A stretch of 64,000 nt of DNA from Fibrobacterota bacterium (GCA_003165595.1 PLWQ01000006.1:69061-133060); one strand, 5' to 3'; shown: positions 1 through 9,006, numbered from the stretch's first letter. Notes: generated from the sequence alone by a model not told the origin. Program-made: numbers and translations.

Positions 1-1589
1 TTTTCACGGTACGGATCGATGGGCGGATTGGTGACTTGCGCAAACAGCTGCTTAAAATAGTTGAACAGGACCTGCGGCCGCTCCGACAGCACCGCCAGGG
101 CCTCGTCGTTTCCCATGGAGCCCACCGGCTCCTGCGCATTTTCGGCCATGGGCGCGATGATCATGTCGAGGTCTTCCAGCGTATAGCCGAACACCTTCTC
201 GTTTGTAAGCAGCGTATCGCGCTCGATGCGCACCGGGCCCGGAACGCCGAACAGGCCCTTGAGCTCGATCTTGTTTTTTTCGAGCCAGCGTCGATAGGGC
301 TTACGGCGCGACACCGACGCCTTGATCTCGTTGTCGAACACCACCCGGTTGTGCGCCGTGTCCACGAGGATCATCTTTCCGGGCGCAAGCCTCCCTTTTT
401 CCAGAACGTCGTTTGCGGGGATATCGAGGACCCCGATTTCCGAGGCAAGCACCACCAGCCCGCTGCGCGTAATCACGTACCGGGCGGGCCGCAGGCCGTT
501 GCGGTCGAGGGCCGCGCCGACGATTGTACCGTCCGTAAAGGAAAACGAGGCCGGGCCATCCCAAGGCTCGAGGATTGCCGCATGATATTCGTAAAAAGCA
601 CGTTTGTCTTCGCTGATGTGATAGCGCGGTCCGAATGCCTCGGGAATCATCATCATCATGGAATGCTCCAGCGACCTGCCGCCCATCACCAGGAGTTCAT
701 ACACGTTGTCGAACATGGCAGAATCGCTGCCGCCCGCAGCAATAACCGGAAAGAGTTTCTTGATGTCCTGCCCGAAAAGCGCGGACGAAAGCGTGGCCTC
801 CCGGGCATTCATCTTGTTGATGTTGCCGCGGAGTGTGTTGATTTCTCCATTGTGAGCGCAATAGCGGAATGGCTGGGCCAGACACCACGAGGGAAACGTA
901 TTTGTGGAATAGCGTTGGTGGACAAGCGCGATTGCACTTGTGAACTTAGGGTCGAGCAGGTCTGGATAGAACGCGTCGAACTGAGGGGCAACGAACATCC
1001 CCTTGTAGTTGAGCGTGGCGCCCGAGAACGAAGCAACGTATAAATCGTCCATGGACATTCCGGCCGAGGCAGCCTGCCGTTCGATGCATTTCCGGGCGAC
1101 ATACAGCTTGCGCTCCAGGCCCGGCCCGGACGCGCCTTCAAACGTCACGAAAGCCTGGGTCACAAACGGCATGCTGGCGGCGGCCATGTCGCCCAAGCAG
1201 TCCGGCCTCACCGGTACGTCGCGCCAGCCGAGCACTGCTCCGGCTTCGTCGCGCACCGCCGATTCGAAGATGTCTTTCGCCTCTTTGCGTTTGGTCGCGG
1301 CACGCGGCAGGAAAAGCATGGCGACGCCGTACCCTCCTGCCGTAGGCAGGCCGAATCCGGCTTTGACGCATTCGGCTGCAAGGAATTCATGCGGCACCTG
1401 CGTGAGCATGCCGGCGCCATCTCCCGTTTTCTGGTCGCCGCCGATCGCGCCGCGATGCACAAGGTTCTTGAGGATGGTGATGCCGTTCGCCACGATATCA
1501 TGGGTGCGCGTTCCGTTTACATGAGCAACAAACCCGACACCGCAGCTGTCGTGCTCAAAGAAAGGATCGTACAAATCTTTCCTGGTCAT
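1..1589 (-). CDS. gltB: Glutamate synthase (GOGAT) large subunit, N-terminal ~529 codons; the gene continues beyond the window start
   Basis: Absent from the ORF track because it has no stop in the window. The reverse complement from 1589 reads MTRKDLYDPFFEHDSCGVGFVAHVNGTRTHDIVANGITILKNLVHRGAIGGDQKTGDGAGML, the canonical Cys1 type-2 glutamine amidotransferase N-terminus of GltB. In the same frame around 850-900 it reads TFPSWCLAQPFRYCAHNGEI. All listed minus ORFs here are in the other two frames. Confidence 0.9.
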   Translation of the reverse strand, partial: MTRKDLYDPFFEHDSCGVGFVAHVNGTRTHDIVANGITILKNLVHRGAIGGDQKTGDGAGMLTQVPHEFLAAECVKAGFGLPTAGGYGVAMLFLPRAATKRKEAKDIFESAVRDEAGAVLGWRDVPVRPDCLGDMAAASMPFVTQAFVTFEGASGPGLERKLYVARKCIERQAASAGMSMDDLYVASFSGATLNYKGMFVAPQFDAFYPDLLDPKFTSAIALVHQRYSTNTFPSWCLAQPFRYCAHNGEINTLRGNINKMNAREATLSSALFGQDIKKLFPVIAAGGSDSAMFDNVYELLVMGGRSLEHSMMMMIPEAFGPRYHISEDKRAFYEYHAAILEPWDGPASFSFTDGTIVGAALDRNGLRPARYVITRSGLVVLASEIGVLDIPANDVLEKGRLAPGKMILVDTAHNRVVFDNEIKASVSRRKPYRRWLEKNKIELKGLFGVPGPVRIERDTLLTNEKVFGYTLEDLDMIIAPMAENAQEPVGSMGNDEALAVLSERPQVLFNYFKQLFAQVTNPPIDPYRE

Positions 1590-1741
1590 GGTTTCCTCGC
1601 CTGCCGCGACGTGCGGCACAGTACCGTCGTATAAGAGCCTGAGCAGATGTAAAATACAACACTGCACTACGAGAGCGGGGCGCCGGATATTTGGCTTGTT
1701 CAGGCTCCCGATCACGTCGGCCCGTTCCTCCGGTGCAAGGC

Positions 1742-1757
1742 CGCAAGCCGCGTGCCA
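1742..1757 (-). promoter_or_regulatory. Sigma-54 type -24/-12 promoter upstream of gltB
   Basis: The reverse complement reads TGGCAC-GCGGC-TTGCG (GG-N10-GC spacing). It lies ~150 nt upstream of the gltB ATG at 1589. Confidence 0.55.
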
Positions 1758-1972
1758 TAAAACAGGAATTCAAAAGAGCCGCTTTTCTGCACGTCGCAAA
1801 CGAACAAAAATGTATCAAATCTGCACTTATGGCACAAAAACGTATCGTAAATGTAGGACCAATCAGCCACTTTTGGTCGACCCATAATCTGCGCGCCTGC
1901 CCGATTTTCCAGAGCAGGTTACGCCTGTGCAACTCGACATTATCCTCACGCGTGGCCCTCTATGGCACGCCT

Positions 1973-1988
1973 CTTGCAGAATCCTAAC
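1973..1988 (+). promoter_or_regulatory. Sigma-54 type -24/-12 promoter upstream of amtB-glnK
   Basis: Reads TGGCAC-GCCTC-TTGCA, a perfect match to the TGGCAC-N5-TTGCW consensus. It lies 26 nt upstream of the amtB ATG. Confidence 0.7.
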
Positions 1989-2013
1989 ATCCTCATTTTT
2001 TCAAGGAGATCCC

Positions 2014-3255
2014 ATGAACGCACCATTTCAATCTTTGCAGTATGCCGGCGACGCGCTATTTCTCATTGTCGGCGCGGTGCTGGTTTTTTCCATGCACGCG
2101 GGCTTTGCCTTCCTTGAGGTAGGCACGGTGCGCAAGAAGAACCAGGTCAATGCGCTGGTCAAAATTCTCTCCGATTGGGGAGTCTCGACGGTCATGTACT
2201 TCGTGATAGGGTTCCCCATCGCATATGGCATCAATTTCTGGATGAACGCAGGCGACCTGCTTCAGCTCACCAATGGCAAGATCCTTGCGGGCGGCCGCGG
2301 GTTTGATATCCTGCACTGTTTCTTTCTGCTTACCTTTGCGGCGTGCATCCCCGCCATCATTTCGGGAGGCGTTGCGGAGCGCATGAAATTCTGGCCCCAG
2401 GTGTTTGCAGGCGCGATCTTCACGGGAGTCGGCTATCCCCTGTTCGAATCCGTCATGTGGGGAAAAAATACGTTTCTGCAAACGTGGCTCTTCTCCTCGT
2501 TCGGATCGTCGTTTCACGACTACGCGGGCTCGGTTGTGGTCCATTCTATGGGCGGTTGGATCGCGCTGCCCGCAATCGTGCTTCTGGGCCAGAGAATAGG
2601 CCGCTGGGTAAACGGCAGGAGCATGGGCATCCCGGTTTCCAACATTCCGTTTCTGGGCCTTGGCTCCTGGATCCTTGCCGTTGGATGGTTCGGGTTCAAC
2701 GTGATGAGCGCGGGCAACTTCCAGGCCATTTCCGGACTCGTGGCCGTCAATTCTCTTTTTGCCATGGTGGGCGGCATTCTTTTCGGACTCATCTTTTCCA
2801 AAGCCGACCCCGGCTTTGTTCACAACGGCGCGCTCGCCGGCCTTATCGCCATTTGTTCGGGCTCCGACATTGTTCACCCGTTCGGCGCTTTCTTTATCGG
2901 CGGAATCGGCGCTCTCATATTCATCTTCGGCTACAAGTTCGAAACCGAAAAGCTCAAGATAGACGATGTCCTCGGCGTATGGCCTCTGCACGGCCTGTCC
3001 GGATCGTGGGGCGGCATTGCGGCAGGCATTTTTGGGCAGAAATTCCTTGGAGGTATGGGCGGTGTGAGTTTAATTTCTCAAATCGTGGGGACCGTGTCCG
3101 GAGCCGTGTTTGCGGTGTGCATCGGCCTGCTAGTCTACGGTGCTCTCAAAAAAACCGTGGGAATCAGGCTCGACGAAAAGCAGGAGCGGCAGGGTTCCGA
3201 TTTGGCAATTCACAACATAGGCGCATATCCGGAAGAAGATATGCTGTCGGCCTGA
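2014..3255 (+). CDS. amtB: Ammonium transporter (Amt family)
   Basis: ORF 1927..3255. I place the start at ATG 2014, which is preceded by AAGGAG. The multi-TM protein reads MNAPFQSLQYAGDALFLIVGAVLVFSMHAGFAFLEVGTVRKKNQVNALVKIL, typical of Amt. It is followed by a PII gene. Confidence 0.93.
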   Translation: MNAPFQSLQYAGDALFLIVGAVLVFSMHAGFAFLEVGTVRKKNQVNALVKILSDWGVSTVMYFVIGFPIAYGINFWMNAGDLLQLTNGKILAGGRGFDILHCFFLLTFAACIPAIISGGVAERMKFWPQVFAGAIFTGVGYPLFESVMWGKNTFLQTWLFSSFGSSFHDYAGSVVVHSMGGWIALPAIVLLGQRIGRWVNGRSMGIPVSNIPFLGLGSWILAVGWFGFNVMSAGNFQAISGLVAVNSLFAMVGGILFGLIFSKADPGFVHNGALAGLIAICSGSDIVHPFGAFFIGGIGALIFIFGYKFETEKLKIDDVLGVWPLHGLSGSWGGIAAGIFGQKFLGGMGGVSLISQIVGTVSGAVFAVCIGLLVYGALKKTVGIRLDEKQERQGSDLAIHNIGAYPEEDMLSA

Positions 3256-3295
3256 CAGTTCACCACTAACCGGTCATCGGCAAGGAGAATCGTCA

Positions 3296-3643
3296 ATGAA
3301 GTACATTGTGGCAATCATCCAGCCTTCCCGCCTCGAAGCAGTCAAAGAGGCGCTCTCCACCATTGAAGTGTTCCGGCTCACCGTAACCGAGGCGCAGGGG
3401 ATCGGCCGTCAGCGCGGCCATACCGAAGTGTACCGCGGTCACGAGTACCAGATCAACTTCGTGCGCAAGGTCAAGCTCGAAATAGCGGTTGACGACAAGT
3501 ACGTTGAACCCACCATCGAAGCAATTGTCAACGCTGCCCGTACGGGCGCCGAGGGAAAAATCGGCGACGGAAAGATTTTTATCATGCCGCTGGAAGACGT
3601 GGTTCGCATTAGAACAAGAGAGCGCGGCAGCGAAGCGCTATAA
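3296..3643 (+). CDS. glnK: Nitrogen regulatory protein PII
   Basis: 115 aa. The T-loop GRQRGHTEVYRGHEY keeps Tyr51, and the C-terminus reads GDGKIFIMPLEDVVRIRTRERG. The position directly after amtB matches the classical amtB-glnK pair. Confidence 0.95.
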   Translation: MKYIVAIIQPSRLEAVKEALSTIEVFRLTVTEAQGIGRQRGHTEVYRGHEYQINFVRKVKLEIAVDDKYVEPTIEAIVNAARTGAEGKIGDGKIFIMPLEDVVRIRTRERGSEAL

Positions 3644-3650
3644 TCAAGAG

Positions 3651-3685
3651 TTCAAAGTTTAAAGTTCAAAGTTGAAAGTTGACCT
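3651..3685 (+). repeat. Tandem heptad repeat TTNAAAG x ~5
   Basis: Reads TTCAAAG TTTAAAG TTCAAAG TTGAAAG TTGACCT immediately after the glnK stop. Degenerate inverted versions occur at 9322-9358 and 63668-63700. Confidence 0.6.
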
Positions 3686-3695
3686 CGCCTCCGAA

Positions 3696-3729
3696 CCCCC
3701 TCTCCGACACAGAGAGGGGGCCTCTTTTT
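3696..3729 (+). terminator. Rho-independent terminator of amtB-glnK
   Basis: 9-bp stem CCCCCTCTC / GAGAGGGGG with loop CGACACA, followed by CCTCTTTTT. Confidence 0.8.
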
Positions 3730-3841
3730 GCACAGCGGAGTCGCAGCTCCCTGCATAGATAGCTTTCATTCTTCGTCGGAAGCCTTCGGATTTCCTCCTC
3801 GTGTTGCATTTACAAACTGCGATACTTGTAGCATTGGCCTT

Positions 3842-3984
3842 CTGCCTAGCGTTAGGGGGACTGGAGGGCGCGCGGGAGCGCGGTGCCGGCCGACCCGGCC
3901 GAAGGCATAGGGCGGACCGGTACCGAGGCGAATAGCCGAGCCCGAAAGGAGACCGACCCGAGCATAGCGAGGGGAACGCCCAAA
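3842..3984 (+). repeat. GC-rich structured intergenic element, full copy 1
   Basis: Head CTGCCTAGCGTTAGGGGGACTGGAGG; P1 CGCGC-GGGA-GCGCG; P2 outer stem GGTGCCGG (3882-3889) / CCGGTACC (3917-3924); boxes CCGAGGC and GCCGAGCCCGAAAGGAGACCGACC; tail GAACGCCCAAAT. Confidence 0.85.
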
Positions 3985-4054
3985 TCCTTGCCTTCAATGA
4001 GCCGGGCGCCCAGATTCTTCATGAAAATGAAAATTATCGCTATCAATTACTATT

Positions 4055-4070
4055 TGGCAAATATCTTGCT
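4055..4070 (+). promoter_or_regulatory. Sigma-54-like -24/-12 element upstream of glnD
   Basis: Reads TGGCAA-ATATC-TTGCT, with GG-N10-GC kept and one mismatch in the -24 box. It lies 22 nt upstream of ATG 4092. Confidence 0.4.
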
Positions 4071-4091
4071 TCATATATTTTCATCATCCCC

Positions 4092-6584
4092 ATGAACAAC
4101 TACAAGAACCATCTCGCAGACCTTCGCGAAGACATCTTTGTGCGGCAGCGCTCCCTGCCCGCCCTCAATAAGGTTCAGCTCTTCTCCGACGAGATAGACC
4201 GGATGCTTTCGGAAGCCTATGCCGCGCACATGGAAGAAGGTGGGCTTGACAAACAGGTGTGCCTTGTGGCGCTCGGCGGCTATGGCAGGCAGGAACTCTG
4301 CCCCTATTCGGATATCGACTTGCTCGTGCTGCATTCTTCGAACGCGGACAAGGAAAAAATCGCTGCCGCGGTGCGTTTTTTCTGGGATATGGGCCTCACG
4401 CTCGGATGCGTGGTGCGAAGCGTCTCCGAATGCGCCAAGATATTGGGAGAGGATTTTGCCACCGACACGGCGCTGCTCCAGGCGCGATTCATCGCGGGCA
4501 ACAAGCGCCTGTTCCAGTACCTCGAGAATTCCGTGGCGCTGCCTTTCTTCGAGCACACCAGGAAACGCTTTCTCGGCGAGATCCGCCAGGCGGTCCACGG
4601 CGGAATTTTTTCTCCGGACAACACCCTGTACCGGACCGAGCCGGATCTTAAGAACGGCATCTGCACGCTTCGCGACTGTCAACGCATCATGTGGGCCGAG
4701 CGGGTCATTGCGTCGTCGCGGGTTCTGTGGGACCTGTACAACGTGTCGCATTTCCCGCACGACGACGTTGCCGCATTTTCCAATTCCTACGAATTTCTTA
4801 TGGCTGTCCGCTGCGAGCTTCACATGCTCTGCAGAAAACGAATCGACACCCTGGAAAGCGACCTTCAGCCCGGCGTTGCCGTTGCCATGGGATACGGAGA
4901 AAACGGGGCAGGCGCTCTCATGGAATCGTTCTTCAAGACGGTGCGCACGGTAAAGTACTTTGCCATGCTGTTTCTGGAGAAGCGGAATCCGTCGCGCGGC
5001 CTGTGGGGATCGCTCCGGTCGAGCATGAGCGCCACGCAGGCGACTCCCGGCGTGGTTGCTCTTGACGGAATTCTCTTTTTGCAACGGAAGAATCTGCCGC
5101 CGCCCCCGCCCGAAGCGCTGTGGGTTGTAAACATCTTCCGGTTGGCGCAGGCCTATCAATCCACGCTGGGCGTGGACCTGCTCAACTACATTCGAACCGC
5201 CATGCAGTCCCTTTCGCCGCAGGATTTCCGGACGCCGGCCGTCGACAGCCTGTTCCTCCATATTGTGTCGCAGGACAGGGACGCCGGCCGCATTCTGGGC
5301 ATCATGCACGAAACCGGCGTCCTCGCCGGGATCATCCCGGCATTTTCGGCCCTCCTTTGCAAAGTGGAATACCAGAGCAACCATGAATTCACCGTGGACC
5401 AGCACATATTGCTCGCCCTGCGCGCGCTCGACGAACTCGGCAGCGAGCCCGACCTTCACATTCGCGGCATCTACCAGTCCCTGGAAAACAAGAGGCTGCT
5501 CAGGCTTGCCGTTTTGCTCCACGACATCGGCAAGTCGATGCAGGGCGACCACGTGACGACCGGGACGATCATCGCGGAAGAAATGTGCGACAGGCTCGGG
5601 CTTTCGGTTGACGAAAAGCGGCGGGTGGCGCTGTTGATATACAACCACCTGGAACTGTCCACGCTGGCCTTCGGCAGGGAACTCGAAGATCACCTGGTGG
5701 CCGACCTCGCCGGCCGCGTGCAGGACAGGCAGACACTCGACATGCTGTACCTCCTTACCGTACTCGACATCCGCTACGTCGGCTACAAGACCTGGACCGC
5801 ATGGCGAGCGCGGCTGCTGCAGGACGCCTACGAGCGCGTGAGCGCGGCCATCGGCGAACCGCGCCGCGGCGCACCCGCCGCTTTGCCCTCCGACATCGGC
5901 ATCAACTCGCCGTTTTACCGGCTCGATACCATTCCGGAAGAGCGCGAAAAGCATGCGCAATGGCTTGCGAACCTTAACAAAGGCGAGTTTACCATCGTTC
6001 TGGACACCTTTGCCGGGTTCGACAGCGTATCCGTGCTGTCGTTCGACCGCCTGGGCATTTTCGCCGATATCACGGGCTGCATTTCGTCGGAGGGCTACAA
6101 CATTCTCTCCGCGCGAGCCTACTCGGAGTCGTCGGGAAAAATCCTCGACATCTTTCACCTGGAGCACGACAGCGCAACCACCACGCCCTCCGAACAGCGG
6201 GTGGAGCACATCAGGAAAAAATGGCGGCTCATCGAACGCGGCGAGGCCAGCGCGGAATCGCTCATCGCCGACCGGACCCGGCTGTATCCTCCCAAAAAGG
6301 AACGCAGCACGCAAAAAGAGCCCATCGTCCGCATCGACAACGAGCTGTCCAACAACTTTACGGTGCTCGAAATTGAAGCCCAGGACCGGTTCGGCCTGCT
6401 GTTTCGCATTGCGCGAAGCCTGAGCAGCCTGGGCGTCAACATTGTGTCGGCAAGGCTCTCCACGCGGGTGGACCGGGCGGTGGATACGTTTTATGTGACC
6501 GGCGGATCAGGATCGAAGATCGTTGACAAAGAGCAAATTGAGCGCATAGAGAAAGAGCTGATTGGCGCAATGTCGAGGGAATAA
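4092..6584 (+). CDS. glnD: [Protein-PII] uridylyltransferase / uridylyl-removing enzyme
   Basis: 830 aa. It has a nucleotidyltransferase motif LVALGGYGRQELCPYSDIDLLVLH, an HD domain (LLHDIGK) and two C-terminal ACT-like segments (FTIVLDTFAGFD..., FTVLEIEAQDRFGLLFRIARSL). Confidence 0.92.
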   Translation: MNNYKNHLADLREDIFVRQRSLPALNKVQLFSDEIDRMLSEAYAAHMEEGGLDKQVCLVALGGYGRQELCPYSDIDLLVLHSSNADKEKIAAAVRFFWDMGLTLGCVVRSVSECAKILGEDFATDTALLQARFIAGNKRLFQYLENSVALPFFEHTRKRFLGEIRQAVHGGIFSPDNTLYRTEPDLKNGICTLRDCQRIMWAERVIASSRVLWDLYNVSHFPHDDVAAFSNSYEFLMAVRCELHMLCRKRIDTLESDLQPGVAVAMGYGENGAGALMESFFKTVRTVKYFAMLFLEKRNPSRGLWGSLRSSMSATQATPGVVALDGILFLQRKNLPPPPPEALWVVNIFRLAQAYQSTLGVDLLNYIRTAMQSLSPQDFRTPAVDSLFLHIVSQDRDAGRILGIMHETGVLAGIIPAFSALLCKVEYQSNHEFTVDQHILLALRALDELGSEPDLHIRGIYQSLENKRLLRLAVLLHDIGKSMQGDHVTTGTIIAEEMCDRLGLSVDEKRRVALLIYNHLELSTLAFGRELEDHLVADLAGRVQDRQTLDMLYLLTVLDIRYVGYKTWTAWRARLLQDAYERVSAAIGEPRRGAPAALPSDIGINSPFYRLDTIPEEREKHAQWLANLNKGEFTIVLDTFAGFDSVSVLSFDRLGIFADITGCISSEGYNILSARAYSESSGKILDIFHLEHDSATTTPSEQRVEHIRKKWRLIERGEASAESLIADRTRLYPPKKERSTQKEPIVRIDNELSNNFTVLEIEAQDRFGLLFRIARSLSSLGVNIVSARLSTRVDRAVDTFYVTGGSGSKIVDKEQIERIEKELIGAMSRE

Positions 6585-6608
6585 ATAGGCCGTCAAATTC
6601 TTAATAGC

Positions 6609-6757
6609 AAATTGGGCGCTTCCCTTCGCTGCGCTCGGGCCGGTCTCCCTGCGGGCTCGGCCGCCCGGCCTCGGTGCAGCCTGCCCTGTGGCCTTCGGCC
6701 CGGGTCTGGCTGCACTGCGCACTGGCGCACCACTCCGGTCCACCTAGCGCTGGGCAG
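6609..6757 (-). repeat. GC-rich structured intergenic element, full copy 2
   Basis: Read on the minus strand: CTGCCCAGCGCTAGGTGGACCGGAG; P1 TGCGC-CAGT-GCGCA; P2 outer GTGCAGCC/GGCTGCAC (6674-6681 / 6708-6715 on the plus strand); then CACCGAGGCC, GCCGAGCCCGCAGGGAGACCGGCC and AGCGCCCAATTT. Confidence 0.85.
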
Positions 6758-6884
6758 AGGAATATTTCCACAATTGTCAACTTTTGCATTCGCCGGGACT
6801 GATGCAAGGTTTGCGTCGGCTCCCGAAACTTTTCACAGCCGCGAAGCGGCGTTCCAATGAGATGGCGTTGCGGAAACGTGACGT

Positions 6885-7001
6885 GCGCAAAGCGCAAGCT
6901 TTGCGCCTCGCGCACGCTTCCGCTGGAAGGGGTGTGCCCCCGGATCGCCGGCGCTCGGCGCCGGAAGCCGGGGGCCAGGGGAAACCGCTAGCGGTTTCCC
7001 C
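6885..7001. repeat. Cluster of three strong GC hairpins/palindromes
   Basis: 6885-6906 is GCGCAAAGC-GCAA-GCTTTGCGC. 6937-6974 is a nested hairpin, CCCCCGG...CCGGCGC-TCG-GCGCCGG...CCGGGGG. 6978-7001 is a perfect 24-nt palindrome, GGGGAAACCGCTAGCGGTTTCCCC. Confidence 0.7.
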
Positions 7002-7096
7002 ACCAAAATCATTTCAGGAGACCGGCCTGTGTTTTTTGCAGGCCGGGGAAACGCCCAAATCTACCCAACGCTCATGAGACCCATTGTTTATTTGTA

Positions 7097-7110
7097 GTAC
7101 AAATTTGTAC
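7097..7110. promoter_or_regulatory. Perfect 14-nt palindrome, candidate enhancer-binding-protein site for the glnA sigma-54 promoter
   Basis: GTACAAATTTGTAC lies ~110 nt upstream of the -24/-12 element at 7217. Its role as an activator site is inference from position only. Confidence 0.3.
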
Positions 7111-7216
7111 CAACATTATTCGACTACACAAAATTGTTGAAAAAAAACACGCACCTTCGTTTCCGAATTTATATTTTTTCACCTCGTTGCTCCAAAAACG
7201 GGCGACGAAAACGCAC

Positions 7217-7232
7217 TGGCACACTAGTTGCA
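7217..7232 (+). promoter_or_regulatory. Sigma-54 type -24/-12 promoter upstream of glnA
   Basis: Reads TGGCAC-ACTAG-TTGCA, a perfect consensus match, ~78 nt upstream of ATG 7310. Confidence 0.75.
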
Positions 7233-7309
7233 ACTCATACGAACTCAAGGAAATCGCAAAATTCCCTTTTTCCATACACGCACCATTCACCTCAATAGAA
7301 GGAGCATAC

Positions 7310-8755
7310 ATGGCTAGCCCGAAAACAGCAAAAGACATCCTGGCGATGCTCAAGTCGGAGAAGATCGAGGCCGTAGATTTCAGATTCATCGATTTTCTCG
7401 GAACATGGCAGCATTTTACCTATCCCACGCCCGAAATCGACGACGATGTATTTGAAAAAGGTCTGGGATTCGACGCGTCAAGCATCCGCGGATGGCAGGC
7501 AATCAACGAATCCGATATGCTCATCAAGCCCGTGCCGGAAACCGCGTTCATCGATCCTTTCTTCGCGGCAAAGACCCTTGTCCTCATCTGCGACATCCAG
7601 GACCCTGTCACGGGCAAAGACTACTCGCGCGACCCGCGCAACATCGCGCACAAGGCCGAAAAGTATCTCAAGGCATCCGGCCTCGGCGACATCGCATACT
7701 TTGGACCCGAAGCCGAGTTCTTCATCTTCGACGACATTCGCTTCGGCCAGGGAACCAACTACGGTTACTACTACATCGACTCAGACGAAGGCATCTGGAA
7801 CAGCGGACGCGAGGAATGCCTCGACGCCTCCGGCTCGTCTCACAACACCGGATACAAAATCCGGCACAAGGAAGGCTACTTCCCTGTGCCGCCCGCGGAT
7901 TCACTCCAGGACATCCGCTCCGACATGATGCTCACGCTCATCAAAATGGGCGTTCGTTGCGAAAAGCAGCACCACGAAGTGGCAACCGCCGGACAGTCCG
8001 AGCTCGGCATCAGGTTCGCCCCGCTCGTGGAATGCGCCGACGCTTTGCTCAAATACAAGTACGGCATTAAGCAGGTTGCCAAGAAGTACGGAAAAACCGT
8101 CACCTTCATGCCAAAGCCCCTGTTCCAGGATAACGGCTCCGGCATGCACACGCACATTTCCATTTGGAAAGGCGGAAAGAACACGTTCGCGGGCGGCGAA
8201 TACGCCGGACTGTCCAAGACCGCGCTGTTCGCCATCGGCGGGATCATCAAGCATGCCCCGTCGCTCCTTGCGTTCTGCACGCCCACAACCAACAGCTTCC
8301 GCCGCCTGGTGCCGGGCTTCGAGGCGCCGGTAAACCTCGCCTACTCCAGCAGAAACCGCAGCGCCGCGATCCGCATTCCCATGTACTCGGAATCGGCAAA
8401 CGCCAAACGCCTCGAGTTCCGCTGCCCGGACCCCACATGCAACCCGTACCTGGCCTTCCCGGCCATGCTCATGGCCTGCATCGACGGTATCCAGAACAAG
8501 ATCGATCCCGGCAAACCGCTCGACAAGGACATCTACGAGCTGCCGCCCGAGGAACTCGCAAAGGTCCCGCACACGCCCGGCTCACTCAAGGACGTGCTCG
8601 CAGCCCTGGAAAAAGACCACGAATACCTGCTCAAGGGCGACGTGTTCACGCAGGACGTTGTCGACACGTGGATCGAATACAAGACCAAGACCGAGGTCAA
8701 TCCTATGGCCCTGCGTCCGCATCCGTATGAGTATCACATGTACTTTGATGCCTGA
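7310..8755 (+). CDS. glnA: Glutamine synthetase, type I
   Basis: ORF 7187..8755. I place the start at ATG 7310, after AAGGAG. It reads [36 protein letters not shown]... and carries [17 protein letters not shown] Tyr sits in [14 protein letters not shown] at the position of the adenylylation site. Confidence 0.95.
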   Translation: MASPKTAKDILAMLKSEKIEAVDFRFIDFLGTWQHFTYPTPEIDDDVFEKGLGFDASSIRGWQAINESDMLIKPVPETAFIDPFFAAKTLVLICDIQDPVTGKDYSRDPRNIAHKAEKYLKASGLGDIAYFGPEAEFFIFDDIRFGQGTNYGYYYIDSDEGIWNSGREECLDASGSSHNTGYKIRHKEGYFPVPPADSLQDIRSDMMLTLIKMGVRCEKQHHEVATAGQSELGIRFAPLVECADALLKYKYGIKQVAKKYGKTVTFMPKPLFQDNGSGMHTHISIWKGGKNTFAGGEYAGLSKTALFAIGGIIKHAPSLLAFCTPTTNSFRRLVPGFEAPVNLAYSSRNRSAAIRIPMYSESANAKRLEFRCPDPTCNPYLAFPAMLMACIDGIQNKIDPGKPLDKDIYELPPEELAKVPHTPGSLKDVLAALEKDHEYLLKGDVFTQDVVDTWIEYKTKTEVNPMALRPHPYEYHMYFDA

Positions 8756-8788
8756 TAATAATAGTTAGAGCATGGTTCTTGTTACTGG

Positions 8789-8821
8789 AGGCTCCAGCCG
8801 CAGGGCTGGGGCCTCTTTTTG
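8789..8821 (+). terminator. Rho-independent terminator of glnA
   Basis: 11-bp stem AGGCTCCAGCC / GGCTGGGGCCT with loop GCAG, followed by CTTTTT. Confidence 0.85.
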
Positions 8822-8857
8822 TTAGTTTATTTGTCAAGTTGTTTAAATCAAGACAAG

Positions 8858-9006
8858 AATATGGGCGCCCCGCCGCTTCGCGGCGGCGGCTCTCCTTGCA
8901 GGCTCGGCCGGTTGGCCTCGGTGCCGGTCCGCCCTAATCGCCTTTGGCGAGGGTCGGCCGGCCCCGCGCTCTAGCGCGCCTTCCAGTCCAGCCTGGCGCG
9001 GCGCAG
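8858..9006 (-). repeat. GC-rich structured intergenic element, full copy 3
   Basis: Read on the minus strand: CTGCGCCGCGCCAGGCTGGACTGGAAGG; P1 CGCGC-TAGA-GCGCG; a P2 with bulges; then CACCGAGGCC, GCCGAGCCTGCAAGGAGAGCC, tail hairpin CCGCCGC/GCGGCGG and GGCGCCCATATT. Confidence 0.8.

Noticed and set aside
36-1043. 335-aa plus-strand ORF at the window start
   Set aside because: It is antisense to the clearly recognisable gltB frame. Its composition is Arg/His/Val-rich, as expected for the reverse frame of a GC-rich gene, and it has no family motifs.
2056-2991. 311-aa minus-strand ORF and 308-aa plus-strand alternate-frame ORF (2343..3269)
   Set aside because: These are shadow frames of amtB. 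Only the 2014..3255 frame gives a polytopic Amt-like protein.
4071-6314. 747-aa minus-strand ORF
   Set aside because: It lies entirely antisense to glnD, which has NTase, HD and ACT motifs. It shows typical long shadow-ORF composition, rich in R, G, A and V.
6601-6915. ORFs crossing the GC-rich elements (6601..6915 -, 17245..17598 +, 45348..45650 +) that share peptides such as CP(T/A)LGGPKGA.ER
   Set aside because: The similarity comes from the nucleotide repeat itself. The repeat occurs in both orientations and different frames, and the ORFs have no start context or flanking conservation.
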